Shown here: positions 1-12,965 of the stretch, in pieces
Position numbering within the stretch: the stretch's first letter is position 1
How the letters are laid out: each line of letters opens with the position of its first letter
NCBI GenBank assembly: GCA_973895155.1
Contig: OZ316897.1
Span: 22,481,455-22,545,454 of the forward strand
Length of the DNA stretch: 64,000 bases
Direction: 5' to 3'
Source: Marsupella aquatica
Lineage: Eukaryota > Plantae > Marchantiophyta
Made by a program: the position numbers and the translations under genes
Notes under the pieces: generated by a model
Databases searched by the model: none
What the model was told of the DNA's origin: nothing
The model's input: the letters and a program-made list of their open reading frames with translations, nothing else

Positions 1-877
1 GGTTCCATGACATTCTTTGCCCCCTACTACTAGTATAGCCCTCAAATGGACAAAGAGCTGGATAGTTGTGTCAAGAGAGTCATTGACAACAATGTCTTTT
101 TTTGCCCCAGTAGGGTGAGGGGCAGGAGGGTAAGGTGTTGAGCCACTTAAACCACCACTGGCCTCATATAAGAGGCTTGGGTGGATCCAGGTTTAGGGGT
201 TCTGTTCTTGTGCAGGCACATATCATTTTGCGCCTTAGTAATGGTCAGAATGGATGCTTGGACCACTAGACCGGCTTGCCCAGTTTTGGCTTGGGTATCT
301 CTCAATGTCAAACCTGTTGCAAAGCTATAGACACAATTCAAACTTTGTGTAAAATCAAGTACTTGGGGTAGAGAATACAACAAAAACCCTGCCTATAGTT
401 AATCATACATCAAAATGTGCTAATATAGGTGTATACTTATTGATTTAAAGAAAAATAACAAGGTTTATCATGTTATGGAGGGATGTCCTACACACTATAT
501 GTTGATGTGCCCGATCTGTAATATGAAACACTAGAGTGATCTCTCACTGTTAGACCTGTTGCAAAGTTAGAGCGACAATTCAAACTTTGTCGCTCCAAGT
601 GTACCTCCAAGTACTTGGGGTAGAGAATTGTGAAAAAAAACCTCCTTCTCCAGATCAGTGGCCACTTTAATGCAAACTTGTAGCAAAATAATATTGGACC
701 TTACACACTACTATTAGAGCAAACAACACAAAACTCCATCGCCTTTCCTTTGCAATGGAAACTTACAGCAAAATAATCCAAGACATTGCACACTGATACA
801 GCAAAACAACACAGGAACATGGTCAGATTGTGTGGATGCACTTCCTAATGTCCGTGTTTCTACTTGAGTGAGATTCC

Positions 878-1459
878 ATGGAGGATGCAACAGAGGAAAA
901 CAGCAGCACAGCAGACGGAGCTACGAGGAGGGTGGTCGTCAGAACATTGGAGAGTGGAAAGAGCAGACAGGAAGGTGTACTGGAAGACATAGTTCGCTTA
1001 GAGAGGCGCATCTTCCCAAAGCACGAGTCCCTCGCTGAAACCCTCGACAAAGAGCTTCTGAAACGGAACGTGGGCGTTCTCTTTTCTCTGCAAGATGAGT
1101 ACTCCGACGACCAGGACAGTCACCCAGCTGAAAATCAGAAGCAATCCGCGAAACCCACAGCGAGAGCTGTGGCAGGGTATGTCATGTACTCATGTAGCTC
1201 CCTAGCGGCGTCCATAACAAAGCTTGCAGTTCGAGAGAGCTGTCGGAGGCAGGGCTACGGGGAAGCCCTCGTGAATGCAGCCATCGAGAAAGCTCGGTCA
1301 AAGAGGGTACTATGTGTCAATCTCCATGTGGACCCCCTGCGAACATCCGCACTGAATCTGTATAAAAAATTAGGGTTTGAGGTTGATACCCTTGTTCATT
1401 CCTACTATGCTCCCAGCAGGGACGCCTACAGGATGGTACTCACTTTTAGCTCTGACTAG
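878..1459 (+). CDS. GNAT-family (RimI-like) N-acetyltransferase, single exon
   Basis: 193-aa ORF with acetyl-CoA motif A (LAVRESCRRQGYGEALV) and C-terminal LHVDPLRTSALNLYKKLGF...YY...DAYRM typical of RimI/NAT GNATs. Confidence 0.9.
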   Translation: MEDATEENSSTADGATRRVVVRTLESGKSRQEGVLEDIVRLERRIFPKHESLAETLDKELLKRNVGVLFSLQDEYSDDQDSHPAENQKQSAKPTARAVAGYVMYSCSSLAASITKLAVRESCRRQGYGEALVNAAIEKARSKRVLCVNLHVDPLRTSALNLYKKLGFEVDTLVHSYYAPSRDAYRMVLTFSSD

Positions 1460-1580
1460 GGTTCAAGATTCAGGGTGCAAATTGGCACCTACTGTATTTA
1501 AGTGAAACCTCAAACCCCCCGGTACTAGTGCTCATTTTGCATCTGTTAAATACCATGAGGAAGTCATGCTCTCCATTATG

Positions 1581-3479
1581 TTAAGGTGGCAGTAATCGAC
1601 GGATTCGAGGAAGGCGTACCCCCTGATCTCTGGGTCCGAGTGATACCCAAAGTTTGACAGTCAGGGTGCTAACTGCCACTTCTGGTCGTTCGGGAATAAT
1701 CTCTTTTTGGTAAAACATACATCTGCATTCTCTAATTGTAAACGTTGGAGATGTCAAGGCGCTTTCAATGATCTCAGGGTGGAAATGATCGTTGCGTTTA
1801 AGGGCGAAAATGCCTGCCAATGATTTCATGGTGGGATTTGTCCATGAGCTCAGGATGGACACGCAACGAAGCTTTGAGGTAGTCAATCTCCGTGATCTTC
1901 GAGTGGTTTTGGAACTTGGCTTCAAGTAAGTCTTTGTCCATGATATGAGGGTGGATGTGAAACCTAGCTATTAGGACATCGTTCTCCATGATCTTAGGCT
2001 GGAATTGAGAGTTTACTGGCAGGAAGCTAACACTCCTTGACCTCAATTTGGTTCGGGGGGGCGAGCTTTCAAGGTCATCCTCACAGACTTACCATCACTG
2101 TGGAAGCAGCCCGGGCATTGGAGTTGATAGCTCAATGGGGAGGATTTAAGATTAGGGCCGTAAGAACCTTTCGGAAATACCTCGTGACCGTTCATACGTG
2201 GTGTATGGTCAGACTTTTAGGCCCAGATCATTTGTATGTAGAGCTGAATGGGATATAGCTTTTGAAGTTCTCTCAAGTTCTTACGGTCCTCGCTGTCGGT
2301 CTCTGGAAAGTATGGTCAAATTTTCTTTGTAGAGGGTCTAAGAAGGAAATCATAAAATATTCGCGAAGAAGCTGGCAAATGATCGGACATTGTGAATGTT
2401 TAACTTCTTAATCCCAGATCACTCGGATCATGAATCCTAATCCTATGAAGACCCGCATGTCTCTAATTTTGAGCCTATCCATATTAAGTATTTCTTAAAC
2501 AGAAACGATTAAATCATCAATTTTAATCAGGATTACAACGTGAATATCAATGTTGAAAACCACTGCATTTTCTGTGGTTTGGTCAGAAGTGTGATGTTGC
2601 CAACCAGCAGTAAGAAAGCAACTCGAGTGGGATACTGGGATTCCTAATAGACACCTGGGCAGTTGTTTTTGGATCAACGCTGAAAGAGTCATTGAAAGGA
2701 ACTTTCAAACACTCAACTTTACTCTGTAGGACTTTAACCAGTTCATCTATCTATAACTTTGCTGCAATTTGAGCTCGATATGATCACAGAAAAGATTAGT
2801 AACAGAAACTAACAGGTGATGAAATAGTCACTCTTTGGCCATTGACGCATTTGAGTTTTGATGTCTCACGGGGCTCCTGGCATTTCTGCTCTGTATCAGC
2901 CAAAATTTGAGAGTCTCTAAAATCAGCCGGGTGTCTCTCCAAAACTCTTTCATCAGTTTGACGAGACTAGTTACACTCAATCGATCCCCCACATCGTCTC
3001 TATCTCGTTCAGTACACAACTAACCCAGCCGTCAAATGCCACGGATCTGGATTCTTGATAAATCATTATTCCATTGAAGTCTAAGATTCCCTAGATTTAC
3101 TCCACTGCATACTCTTGGCCTACAAACTCGTTGCCATTTTTCTATCTCGGGTCTTCTAATTGACCATCATTATTCATTGCTGTCAATAACTTTGTTGTAA
3201 ACTTGTCATAGGCTGTCCACAACAGCATCTTTATTGTTTTCCAAAAGGATAATGACAGTCTGATTTCCACTGAGACAATACTGCAGAAATCTTCGAAAAC
3301 TCATCTTGCAGACTTCCCCACAATAAAGAGAGAGTCATATTGTTGGTTTACCTGCCCGGAAAAGCATATGGGGATCGCAATTGAGAAGCTCGTCCTTCAG
3401 TATCTTTGCTTCTGATCTTTCATTCATTGATATGGTGCGTAGGAAGCCTGTCTGATGCTCCAATACGAAGATACGCCAT
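1581..3479 (-). pseudogene. Decayed, densely coding minus-strand segment of unknown (possibly viral) origin
   Basis: Manual translation gives long protein-like runs broken by isolated TGA/TAA/TAG codons and frameshifts; no recognisable domain. Confidence 0.3.
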
Positions 3480-3771
3480 TAGTTTAGAAATCTAGCATCC
3501 AGGAACCAGTTGGTGATATATTGGTACCAGTAGTACCAAGTCTTGATTCCGCTAATTTGCCATCAAGAATATCGTGGCCAGATCGTGAACTCAAACTGTA
3601 CGTCTCAAACTCCTTAGGGATTATTTGTTTGATCGACACCCGATCGTGTAAGAAGCTTATTTGGGACTTTGTTTAAAACAAAGCAAAGGTCCTGTGGCTT
3701 AAATCACCGTTAGCAGTTCACGACCCGTGTACCGTTTGCCACTTCAGGTTTTCTCTTAATCAGGTGCAGGG

Positions 3772-5284
3772 CTACCTGCTACTCCTGACGTAAGGATTGG
3801 GAGACAAGGCATCTCTGCTGCTGATAGTGGACAGTAGCCTACGTAGAGCCAACTCAAGGATCTCCTCCTTGGTGTGCCCAGTCAAATATCCCTGTTTAGC
3901 TTCCACCCCTTGTGCCTGTGCAAACTGTGCTACCATGTCTTGCACCGTTGTGGGGTTCGTGGTCTCTACATTCAGCAGATTGCAGGCAATTTCAATGCAG
4001 TCATCTCCGTGCAACAATGCCATGGCTTGAACGTCAGGCAAGCCTCCTCCTCTTTGACTCACTTTGCGAGCAATACTTTTACCAATTGTCAAGTTAGTGG
4101 AAGCAATAGGGACATTGTAGTTCATGACCCAGGGTGTTGCACCCACAACCACTACCCCAGTTCTCGGAGGGGCCTTGCTGGGTCCGTAATCGGGCAATAA
4201 AGAGACGCCAAGTTCTGGAGAACCCACCCACTTCCCTTGGTCATTTGAGCGGAAGTATCCAAGTCTACGTCGAACAGCATCCAACGGCCGGCCCTCTGAG
4301 TGTGCAGCTCCGTAAAGGAAAGTTGGAACTGCAAATCATGACAATGGCATTTTAGGTTAGGTTCACATACATGGAAGAGATTCTAAGTAGTGGCACCGAA
4401 ATTTCCAGAATAGAGTCTCCGCTGTAATAACAATACTTGCCGGGAGTGTAAACCTCATCACTAATCAGTCTTACTTTCGTCTGAAAAAGCCTGATGTTTC
4501 GCATTTCCGGAGGCTCACAACTTTCTTAGGTCTACAGCGTCAGCAAAGAAACCCCTAACTAACCTTTCATCAACACTGCTTTATGCAAAGCTCGAATCAT
4601 TTCTATGCAAGAACGATATTTCGAAATTGTCGTCCAATGCGGACATGCAAGAAACTTTGAATACCTTGAAACTTGGCAGGAAGGCTCATGAAGCCCTAAG
4701 CATTGAAATTCTCTGTTCTACCTCGCGTAATTCTCCCAAAACAGAATGGCTTGATACTTGCTCGCAGTACGATGCTCTCTTTGTACTAAGTAAACCAGAT
4801 CTAATGAAGGCATTACAAACCAATTCGCAATAAATTGAGAAAAGTCCCAACCTTGAAACTGAGAAGCAATGTCGGCAGCCACTGTTCGTGCCAAAGAAGC
4901 CACCTCCTCCAAAGAAGCCGAACCAAGGGCATGAAAGGACACATGATCCACCACTCCGATTCTCGGATGCGTGCCACTGTGCTCCTGCAGATCGATGTTT
5001 TCTATTGCAGCCCTCACCGTCTCCGTCACCGACGTTCGAAGCGAAAGAGGAGGATATGAATGAGACCCAAGCGCTTGTTGTGAGCTCTGAGCCGGGAGGG
5101 ATCCGGCTAATGTGTAGCCAACTCTGTTATAGTCTTGGTCATTGAACACATGTAGAAGTGGCGCTAGACTTTGACCCCTAGCAGCCAGTTCTATGGCTTG
5201 CAAGGCTTTCGGGTTTCGGCTGTCTGAAATGTAAAGTTTGCAGCATGCTAAAGCCAGTCTTCTTAAATCTCCTAGGGCAGCCAT
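3772..5284 (-). CDS. Glutamate formiminotransferase-like protein (FTCD N-terminal domain), 2 exons: 5284-4852 and 4328-3772
   Basis: CCKLYISDSRN, YNRVGYT, HSGTHPRIGVVDHV motifs; GT-AG intron 4851-4329 joins QFQV-PTFLYGAAH in frame; exon 2 has GGGLPDVQAMAL...EIACNLL. Confidence 0.9.
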
Positions 5285-6460
5285 AGCTATGAACTTTATC
5301 ACCAAACGACTTGCCAGCCCAATGTCCTACCTGAGAACATCAATGCCTACCGTAGCACACCTCACCTCGGATCGTGTCCCACTTTCGAGAGTCCTACATC
5401 TCCGCAGCCAAAAAGATTTTCTAGAGGACGATTCTCAGTCTTCTTGCCTTCCTCTGCTCTTGCCTTTCTCGTCACCGGGACTCTGCTAGCTCTCAAAAAT
5501 CTCTCTGAATTTGGTTATGCATTTTGCGAGACTATTCATTGTCTCCTACAACTTACTACTGCTCTCCAGCTGGCCCTCTTTCCGTGGCATGCATAATTGT
5601 GAGCTGTTTCGAGCTGTCTGCAGCATTTCTCTTAAGAAATCCGATCATTCATTACTGCATTCATGCTGTCTCCCGGGTCAGAGGGCTCTCAGTTGGAAAT
5701 TAAATGAGAATGGACTGAAAGCTGCAACAGTGAGCTCTGATTGCTCACGACCTTACCTTTCATCCGACCAACTGTACTTGGTAGCTCTGCCTCCGAAACA
5801 GACCGCTCCCTCTACTTGTTTTCAGAGGAAATACCTCAGGCTGGACACACACTCGCCATACCCACTGCGTTTCTCCCTCTTCCACATTGCCAGTCGCTCA
5901 GTCGGAGCCCGCCCACTATCCAAAGAAAAGAGCTATGAAGAAGAAGTTGGCAAATTCATTTCATACTGCATAGTTCTCCATAATTCTTCTGCTTCGAGTC
6001 ATTCAATCCAGGGAGATTTGAGACGAAATCAGACTTCTGCAAAATTGATGCACTGGCAGTGTCGGTCGGCCATCAATTTCATCTTCGCTTCTCTCAACAT
6101 CTCAAGTAGATACAGAACGGTCCCCTTACACAAACATGAAGTTAGAGCAGTTCTTGTGTGAATTCCTGTCCAGCTCGAGATCGCCCAGAATTTGAGGTGA
6201 CAGACATTTAGAAACTAGTGTAGATTATTGATCCGTGGTGGATTGCAGCCACAAGAGTTGGAAGATGAGATCTGACGGAAACTCTGAGGCCAGGAATGAT
6301 GTGGAATTCAGCTCGACATGGCACTTGCTTTTCGTACCTTCTTGCCCTCATCTCATTAACCAGGGTTGGCGCTGTTTTTGCCACGGTTTGTTTAGTTTAG
6401 GATTTGACGCTCTCCTTGCCCCTCAATGCCCTCCGTGATTTATTTTTCTCAGTGTAATTA

Positions 6461-6998
6461 GGGTGGCTTTACAAGACGTCGGGGGCAGTTCCTTCACTTT
6501 TCTGACATCCAAGATCCAATCCGGGCCATCCATTGGGGAGATAGTGCTGGAGTTCACTTTAGAAAACGTCCGGGGCAGTTTTGCTCATTGATTCTGCCGA
6601 TCCTACATGGACTTCAGTGGGGCCCAACTTTTGCCGACGTGGAGCTCTTTTTTGTCCAGAATTTTAGACCACCTCCGTTGGAGGTCCCTTCATCCGGCCG
6701 CTTGGTCCATTCCTATTATGGGCAGTTTTCAATAAATGCGGACCCACAGGAACCAGCATTAGCCAAAGATTAGCCAGCATTAGCCAAAGATTCAGGTGGA
6801 GTGGGTCCCAAGTTTGTCTTCTAGTCAATGATTCTAGCTACACTGGCCAGAGTTCCCTTTACAAGACGTCGGGGGCAATAAAAGTCTTCTAAATTCTCTA
6901 TTAGCCCCGGTATACTGTTTTTAGCATGTGAAACTGCTGCTGGCTCAGCTTTGGTAGAAAAGGAAGCGAACGGCCCCCGACGTCTTGTAAAGTGCCCC
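6461..6998. mobile_element. PIF/Harbinger (Tourist)-like MITE
   Basis: TIRs GGGTGGCTTTACAAGACGTCGGGGGC / GCCCCCGACGTCTTGTAAAGTGCCCC; TTA on both flanks (6458-6460, 6999-7001); internal TIR-like copies near 6557 and 6857. Confidence 0.75.
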
Positions 6999-7074
6999 TT
7001 AAGTGCTCTTATGGAGAAGACTACTGGTAGCTCAAATACCCAATCATGCACTCAATACCCATGAGTTGTAGAGA

Positions 7075-7565
7075 AAATGTTTCTCTGAAAAAGTTGTCGA
7101 TTTGTAAAATATGTCATTTGCGGCAAAGATGATGTTGTGTAAGAGATGTTATCCCACAAGAGATGTTGTTTGCGGAAAGTATGAGATATGTTGTCCCACA
7201 AAAGATGTCGTTTGCGGAGAATATGACATTGCATAGAAGATCTCATTGCAAAAATGATGTTGTGTAAAAGATGTTTTTTTGGAAAAATCTTTGTTGCTTG
7301 AACCATGTCATTGCGTACAAAGAGCCATTTGCAGAAAAGATAATGTTGCGCAAAAGGAGTCGCTGCAAAAAAGATGATGTTATGTAAAAGATGTTGTTGT
7401 GAAAGTGATGGGGCAAACTCAAGATAGATGCAATGCTAGATGGAGGTTGACATTTCTCCCTTGTGGCTCCCCTCTCCTCCTCTCCCTCCTCTTTCTCTCC
7501 TCCCTCCCTTGCCCCCTCCAACACCGCCCTCCCTTGCCCCCGCCCTTGCCCCGCCCTTGCCCAAT
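7075..7565. repeat. Degenerate short tandem repeat (AGATGTTGT-like units) followed by a C/T-rich low-complexity tract
   Basis: Recurrent gatgttgt/gatgtcgt units 7075-7400; ccct/gcccc runs 7460-7562. Confidence 0.55.
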
Positions 7566-9689
7566 ATTGCGTTTGTAAGCGGACGATACCCAGAAATGGG
7601 AGGGATCATGTATTATAGTGTTTGATGATGATTGCACATTCTAGATCTGAATAGGACTGGCCACCAGGTTGGAGACACTATGACCCTTGGCGGTCCATGG
7701 CAATTTGGGTCCCATAACTTGATGATTACGAGTCCATAAAATACTTTAATTTTGCACCTGCAACACAACTACAGTAGAGAAGGAGGAGACATGCAAAAAA
7801 CACAGGCCCAAATATTTCATCATGTGAACACACCCAAAACTAATCTAACAATACTTACCCATTTGGACTTTATGATGAAAAGTTCAACCAAATTGGCCAA
7901 AAACTCAGTGTCCCTTTGATGGAATGGAGCTTACCTACTCCCCTAGCCATATTCCCAAAACTAAAAAGTATTTGAATTTATGAATATCAAGTTATTACAA
8001 TTAACCTCAAATTCTAGGAAACCTGGTCCAAGGGGGCCGGGTTTGAAGACCAACCTTGGTGGTCCTTGGGGCCTTCAAATTCTCCACATCTGGATCAGGG
8101 TCTTATCAAAATTCTATTTAAAATAGTAGCAATAAAGAATCTCTTAGACCTTTAAGTATTAAGGTCCTCCTAAGAGCGCATTATGGACAACAATAGCCCC
8201 CAAAACTTGAACTAAAGTCCTAGCTTTGGGGGGACATTCTGGCATAAAATGCTCAGTATCCAGGACTTCAATGTATACGCATTTATCCCTAGGTTTCAGT
8301 TCGCATCCAGGGGAATCTCCCGTGGGCATCTACACCTGAAATATCTATATAGAGCAGGTCTATTAATGTTCATGACCTAGTCCCTACTGAAACCTTAGGC
8401 AATAATTTATTTGGTACTTATGAGTCTGGATTGCTATAGGAGTCTGGGTAAGGTGGATATTTGGTCTAGTTTTATTCATACAACTTTAAAATATTTTGCC
8501 ATTAAAGAAGTTCTAATTGACAACAGTTTCATAGGTTTTTTTTATAATATTATGTATAAATGTACCATTGTTTAGTATACAGACAACGAGTTCACCAAGG
8601 GAAATATATACTAAAGTGTGGTATACTTATAAATGCAATTAAAACCAATGACACTATTGTAATTTCAAACATCTTTAGTGTCAATGTAGTTAAAAGCTAA
8701 GATGTTTGCTTATATTAATATTTGATTTTGTGATAGAATGAACCAAAAGGGGACAAAAAGTTCCAATAAACTTGGATGCAATGGGAACTTGCAGAGACAT
8801 TTTGCTTGATGGGGGAGCAAGGGGTAAACAGCCTCTTCTTTTTGCCAAATATTGACAATGCTGCTGGCCATCGGTAAGAAGGAACAACGAGGGAATTTTT
8901 GCATTACATTGGGCAGTCTTAGGTCCCTGTTGGTAATTACACATCAAAATGTGGCTGTATTCATTGATTGAAAGAAAAAAACTAGGATTATCACGGAATG
9001 TAGAGGTGCCGTACATAATATATATCGTATTTTGATGTGCAATTACCGAGACCTGTCTTAGGTGGTTGAGAGTACTTGCCAGATCTTACTGTTCCCATTA
9101 AATCTAGGGTAATAGTTCATAAAGATTATTGCAGAAAGTATCTCCCGACATCAGGGAGGCGTCACCACCTGGCCAATTCCAGGCTGGTGTAACTTCAAAC
9201 TTTTGCCTTGATGGAACTCCAAATGCTGAACTTTTTTTTCTTTTCTGTTTTTCTGGGGAAGGAATGGAGGGGCATCTTGTCCCAGTAACTTCTTAAAATT
9301 TTCATGAATCTATCACCTATCTGGAGCAAGCATCAATTCTCCCTAAGTGTTGCAAAAGCCCATACCCGCTTAGATCCCTGTTGTTCCAGTCTTCAAGGTC
9401 CCATTCTTTAGGAAAAAAATCACTGTTTTCCATTTTAAAAGTTTGTCTCTATTAGTATGCTTATCTTTGTACTTCTTTCAGATGACAAAAGAAGTACTTT
9501 CATAAAGTGTCTTGGAGAGAAATTATGGATGGGACAATTCTCCAGGGTCACAAATGCCAAACCGGCCAAAAAGCTCAAATGCCTAACCGGGAGACAGGTC
9601 CCATAAGCATTGGGCTACAGTAGTTGTTCCATAAAAGAGCACGGGACATTGTTAGTATCCTAGGAGTTCGTCGAGAGTTTTGTGCATGT

Positions 9690-10441
9690 CCCTCGGCCGA
9701 AACCTCTGATGACCCGGGCCCCGATGAACCACGGATCTATCGGAAGGGCGTCCGCAATCCAGTTCTCGAACGGAGGGGAGCCCCCATTTCTCAATGAGAA
9801 TGCTTCTGTGCGGAAGAGTGAAATGAAGGCTACGAGCTGCTTTTGTTGTAAGAGAGGGCACGGCCAGAACCTCCATTCCAGCGGCCTTCGCGGCTTCCAC
9901 TCCCACCGGAGAATCCTCGGCGACGAGGCAGGCCGATGCGTCTGCATTGAGCCGCCGGGCTGCTTCGGGATATATATTTGGGGGATGGTTTCCAGTCCTT
10001 GACCTCGTCACAGGCGACGATGATAGACGCCCTTCTGATACCCAAATTTCAGTAGAATGTTGGTCAAGGGCGAACTGGAAGCCACAGCGACGGGAATTGC
10101 GTGGGATTTCACGTACTGGAGCAATTGGACGGCACCTGGAAGCGGCTTCACGTCGGCCCGCCGGTTGTTGAGAAGCTCAATTAACACTGAGAAAATCTCC
10201 TCTGCTGTAATGGGAAGATTGTAGTCTTCCTTCAATGCTGTGCCGCATCAAGCGGCCGCTTCCCGAGCCGTCTCTCGCCCCACGCCCGTCCCATTGTTTG
10301 CCGTAATTGGTGACAATCTCCTTCTCGACGTCGACGAGCCTCCCTGTGTCGAGCAGAGTGCCGTCGAGATCCAGGATGAGGTGCGTGATTTCGTTCGGTG
10401 CGTTTCCGTTCTGCAGGTCGGAATCGGCTTCAGAAGCCATG
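9690..10441 (-). pseudogene. Intronless, frameshifted, 3'-truncated copy of bifunctional FMN hydrolase (HAD)/riboflavin kinase (FHY-like)
   Basis: LILDLDGTLLDT, VASSS, KPSP, EDSPVGVEAAKAAGM, PFENWI..LPIDPWFIG..VIRGFGRG spread over three frames; homology stops at GFGRG, the start of the kinase domain. Confidence 0.85.
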
Positions 10442-12149
10442 GAGAGTATTGTAGTTTGATAGAATTGGCCACGAGGACTTGGATTGAAAGCTTGCAACCT
10501 TGAATTCAATTCAATTCAATTCAGATCAATTCAATTCACTTCAAGTCACTTCAATTAGACCCACCACGATGTCGCTCTCCAATCAATTACGATTCGTATC
10601 GTTTGCATTGGAGAGAGTCGGGGGGAACTGAGACCATGGTGTTGGAGCCGTCACCTGAGTCACCTTCGGGAGAAGTTTCTTTGATTCGTTAGCCCCTCCT
10701 CTCGTTTTGCCTTCATAGCTTTATGGGGGGCCCTCACTGCCCGTAACAACAGTCCCACCACCAGGCTTTTCAATGCCACCATTTGTGAAGGAGAAGATCT
10801 ACTTTATTATCTAATTTTGCTAGATTACTTTTTGATTGGCATATTTTCCTCTATTTAAGGATAATTGTTAGTTTTGGCTAGTGGGGTTTGTAGCTAGGTG
10901 GGAAACTGGCTAATGGACAATAGTGTTGAGCAAAGAGTGCATTCACTACGTTAAGCCCATGATCATTCAATGCTATAAGTAATCTATAGTGAAAGATATG
11001 TGGTGTTTCACTTTAGTTGTTGAGGCTATGTCTATGGAAACACACGAGAGTTTTATTACACTCTAGGCCTGTTAGCCATACCCAGCCTCCCTATTTTTCA
11101 TCAGGTTCCGTAACAATGAGCGTTCTCCCTATCCAAGCAAATATCATTTTGGATATAGTGTGCAAGTAAGTTGCCCTAACCTAGTTCATGTGGGAGTTCG
11201 TGACTAAGGTCAGCTGTAACTAAAATTATAATTGTAACCCTAGACCTAAGAGTAAATGGTTAAACGATTCCCCGCTTGACTCCGGTCTAGAGGAGAATAA
11301 TATTGTTAACCTATATTATTACATTTTAGGGCATTATTGAGGAAGAATGTATGGTCAATATTTGAATCAACTCATTATGAAGATTGTCCTCTCTTTTTAC
11401 TAAAACTAGAAAAAAACAAATAGCCTTTAAGTGTATAAAGGTCTTGCTACCATATACCCCACTAGCATTATATGGGCAATGATAGCCACTCAAAACTCAG
11501 GTGAAGCTCTCTCTTTTTGGGGCACTATGACACACAACGAGACACACAATTATGCCTTGTATGCAGGACTGCACTCCATAGTTCAATCCCTCCAATATTT
11601 GTCTCTTTGTATATTTTTTAACCTTATGGATGAGAATGCCCATCACCAGTACAACTGCATTTTGAGGTTTGTCCTTTACTTGTCTCTTGGTGAAGTATAT
11701 GAACTTGCATGCAATTTGGGTTTGTGACCTCTCCATCTCATGCAAAGCCAAAATGTACCGGTCACTTATATGAACACTTGTCACATATCTAAACCAAAAT
11801 CTCAGTGAGGTCATTTCTTGTCTTGACCCTTCGTTGTAAAGCCCACTCAGGCCCTATTCTAAGATACATGCTTTTATTATATACAGAATCTGCTGACTCG
11901 TGCGGAAGCCATAGGACCTCACTTCGATCATTCTTCTGTTCTCTGAACAACGAAATCAATGGAGTTCGTCAAATGGATTGAATTGACCTCGTGGGCCTGG
12001 ACAGTCAATCTGGTTGACCTCGTGAGACTAAAAGATTATAGTCTCAACAGTGAAAGGGTTTTACCTCTTGCTCGACGAGAGACGCCCTAATAATAAGTGG
12101 AGGAAGTCTCCAAAACCCTTCTCACAAGATTACGAAACTGTAATGTCTA

Positions 12150-12965
12150 CACTATATAAGTGCATTCCATCTGTTACTGCAAACTGGTGGTATCGTCCTC
12201 TAAAATCATAATTGGCACATTTAAATTGTAAATGAACTGCAGGTCTATGCTCACAACACATCCATAAGTGCGTTCTTGTCTATAAGAGTGCATGTGTATT
12301 TATCAGTTACTGTAACACATAGTCTAGAAGCATCTATTGATAAGTGCAGAGTATTTCCTGTAACTGCAGGTCAATGTCACCTAATGACACACATATAAGT
12401 GCATTTTTGTCTACAATAGTGCACATACATTTATCAATTACTCCAACACGTAAGCTAGAAGCACTTTTGATAAGTACAGCAGATAACCATATAGAGTAGT
12501 TTCATGCACTTATGTTGGATTGTGCACTATTAGGGTTCAGGGTAAAGGAGTCTGACATGTATGACCTGACAACACCTATGATCAAGTGCATAAGCAATTT
12601 CACTCAGTTACTGGATAGTGGGACAACTCCTATGATTAAGTGCATAAACAATTTCACATTCACTTGTTGGATAGTGCAACATGCACATAAATGATATCCT
12701 GTGCACTTATGACATAGTGCACAACCTGCAGGCTTTGAGTGTCTTCCCCAGAGCTTGCACTTAGACATGGTAGACTGTCATTGCAAACTAATTCTCCCCC
12801 ACGGATGAGATGAGATGAGATGAGATGTAGACTCTAATTTTAAAATAATTGGACACAGTAGTCTGCAATTGCAAACTAATTCTCCCCCACAGATGGGAAA
12901 AGTTGAGACTAGACGTAGACTGTAATTGCAAAATAATTCTTTGCCCGCATGGATGAGATGAGATG
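12150..12965. repeat. Degenerate repeat cluster (ATAAGTGCA motifs in both orientations; ~3 TAGACTG..TTGCAAACTAATTCT units; GATGA microsatellite)
   Basis: Direct reading; probably a non-autonomous TE relic. Confidence 0.5.

Noticed and set aside
295-630. Direct repeat pair (~300-378 and ~540-628)
   Set aside because: Short degenerate local duplication with no termini or coding signal
5511-6161. 216-aa ORF upstream of the formiminotransferase
   Set aside because: No domain motif, non-ATG start, UTR/promoter-like composition
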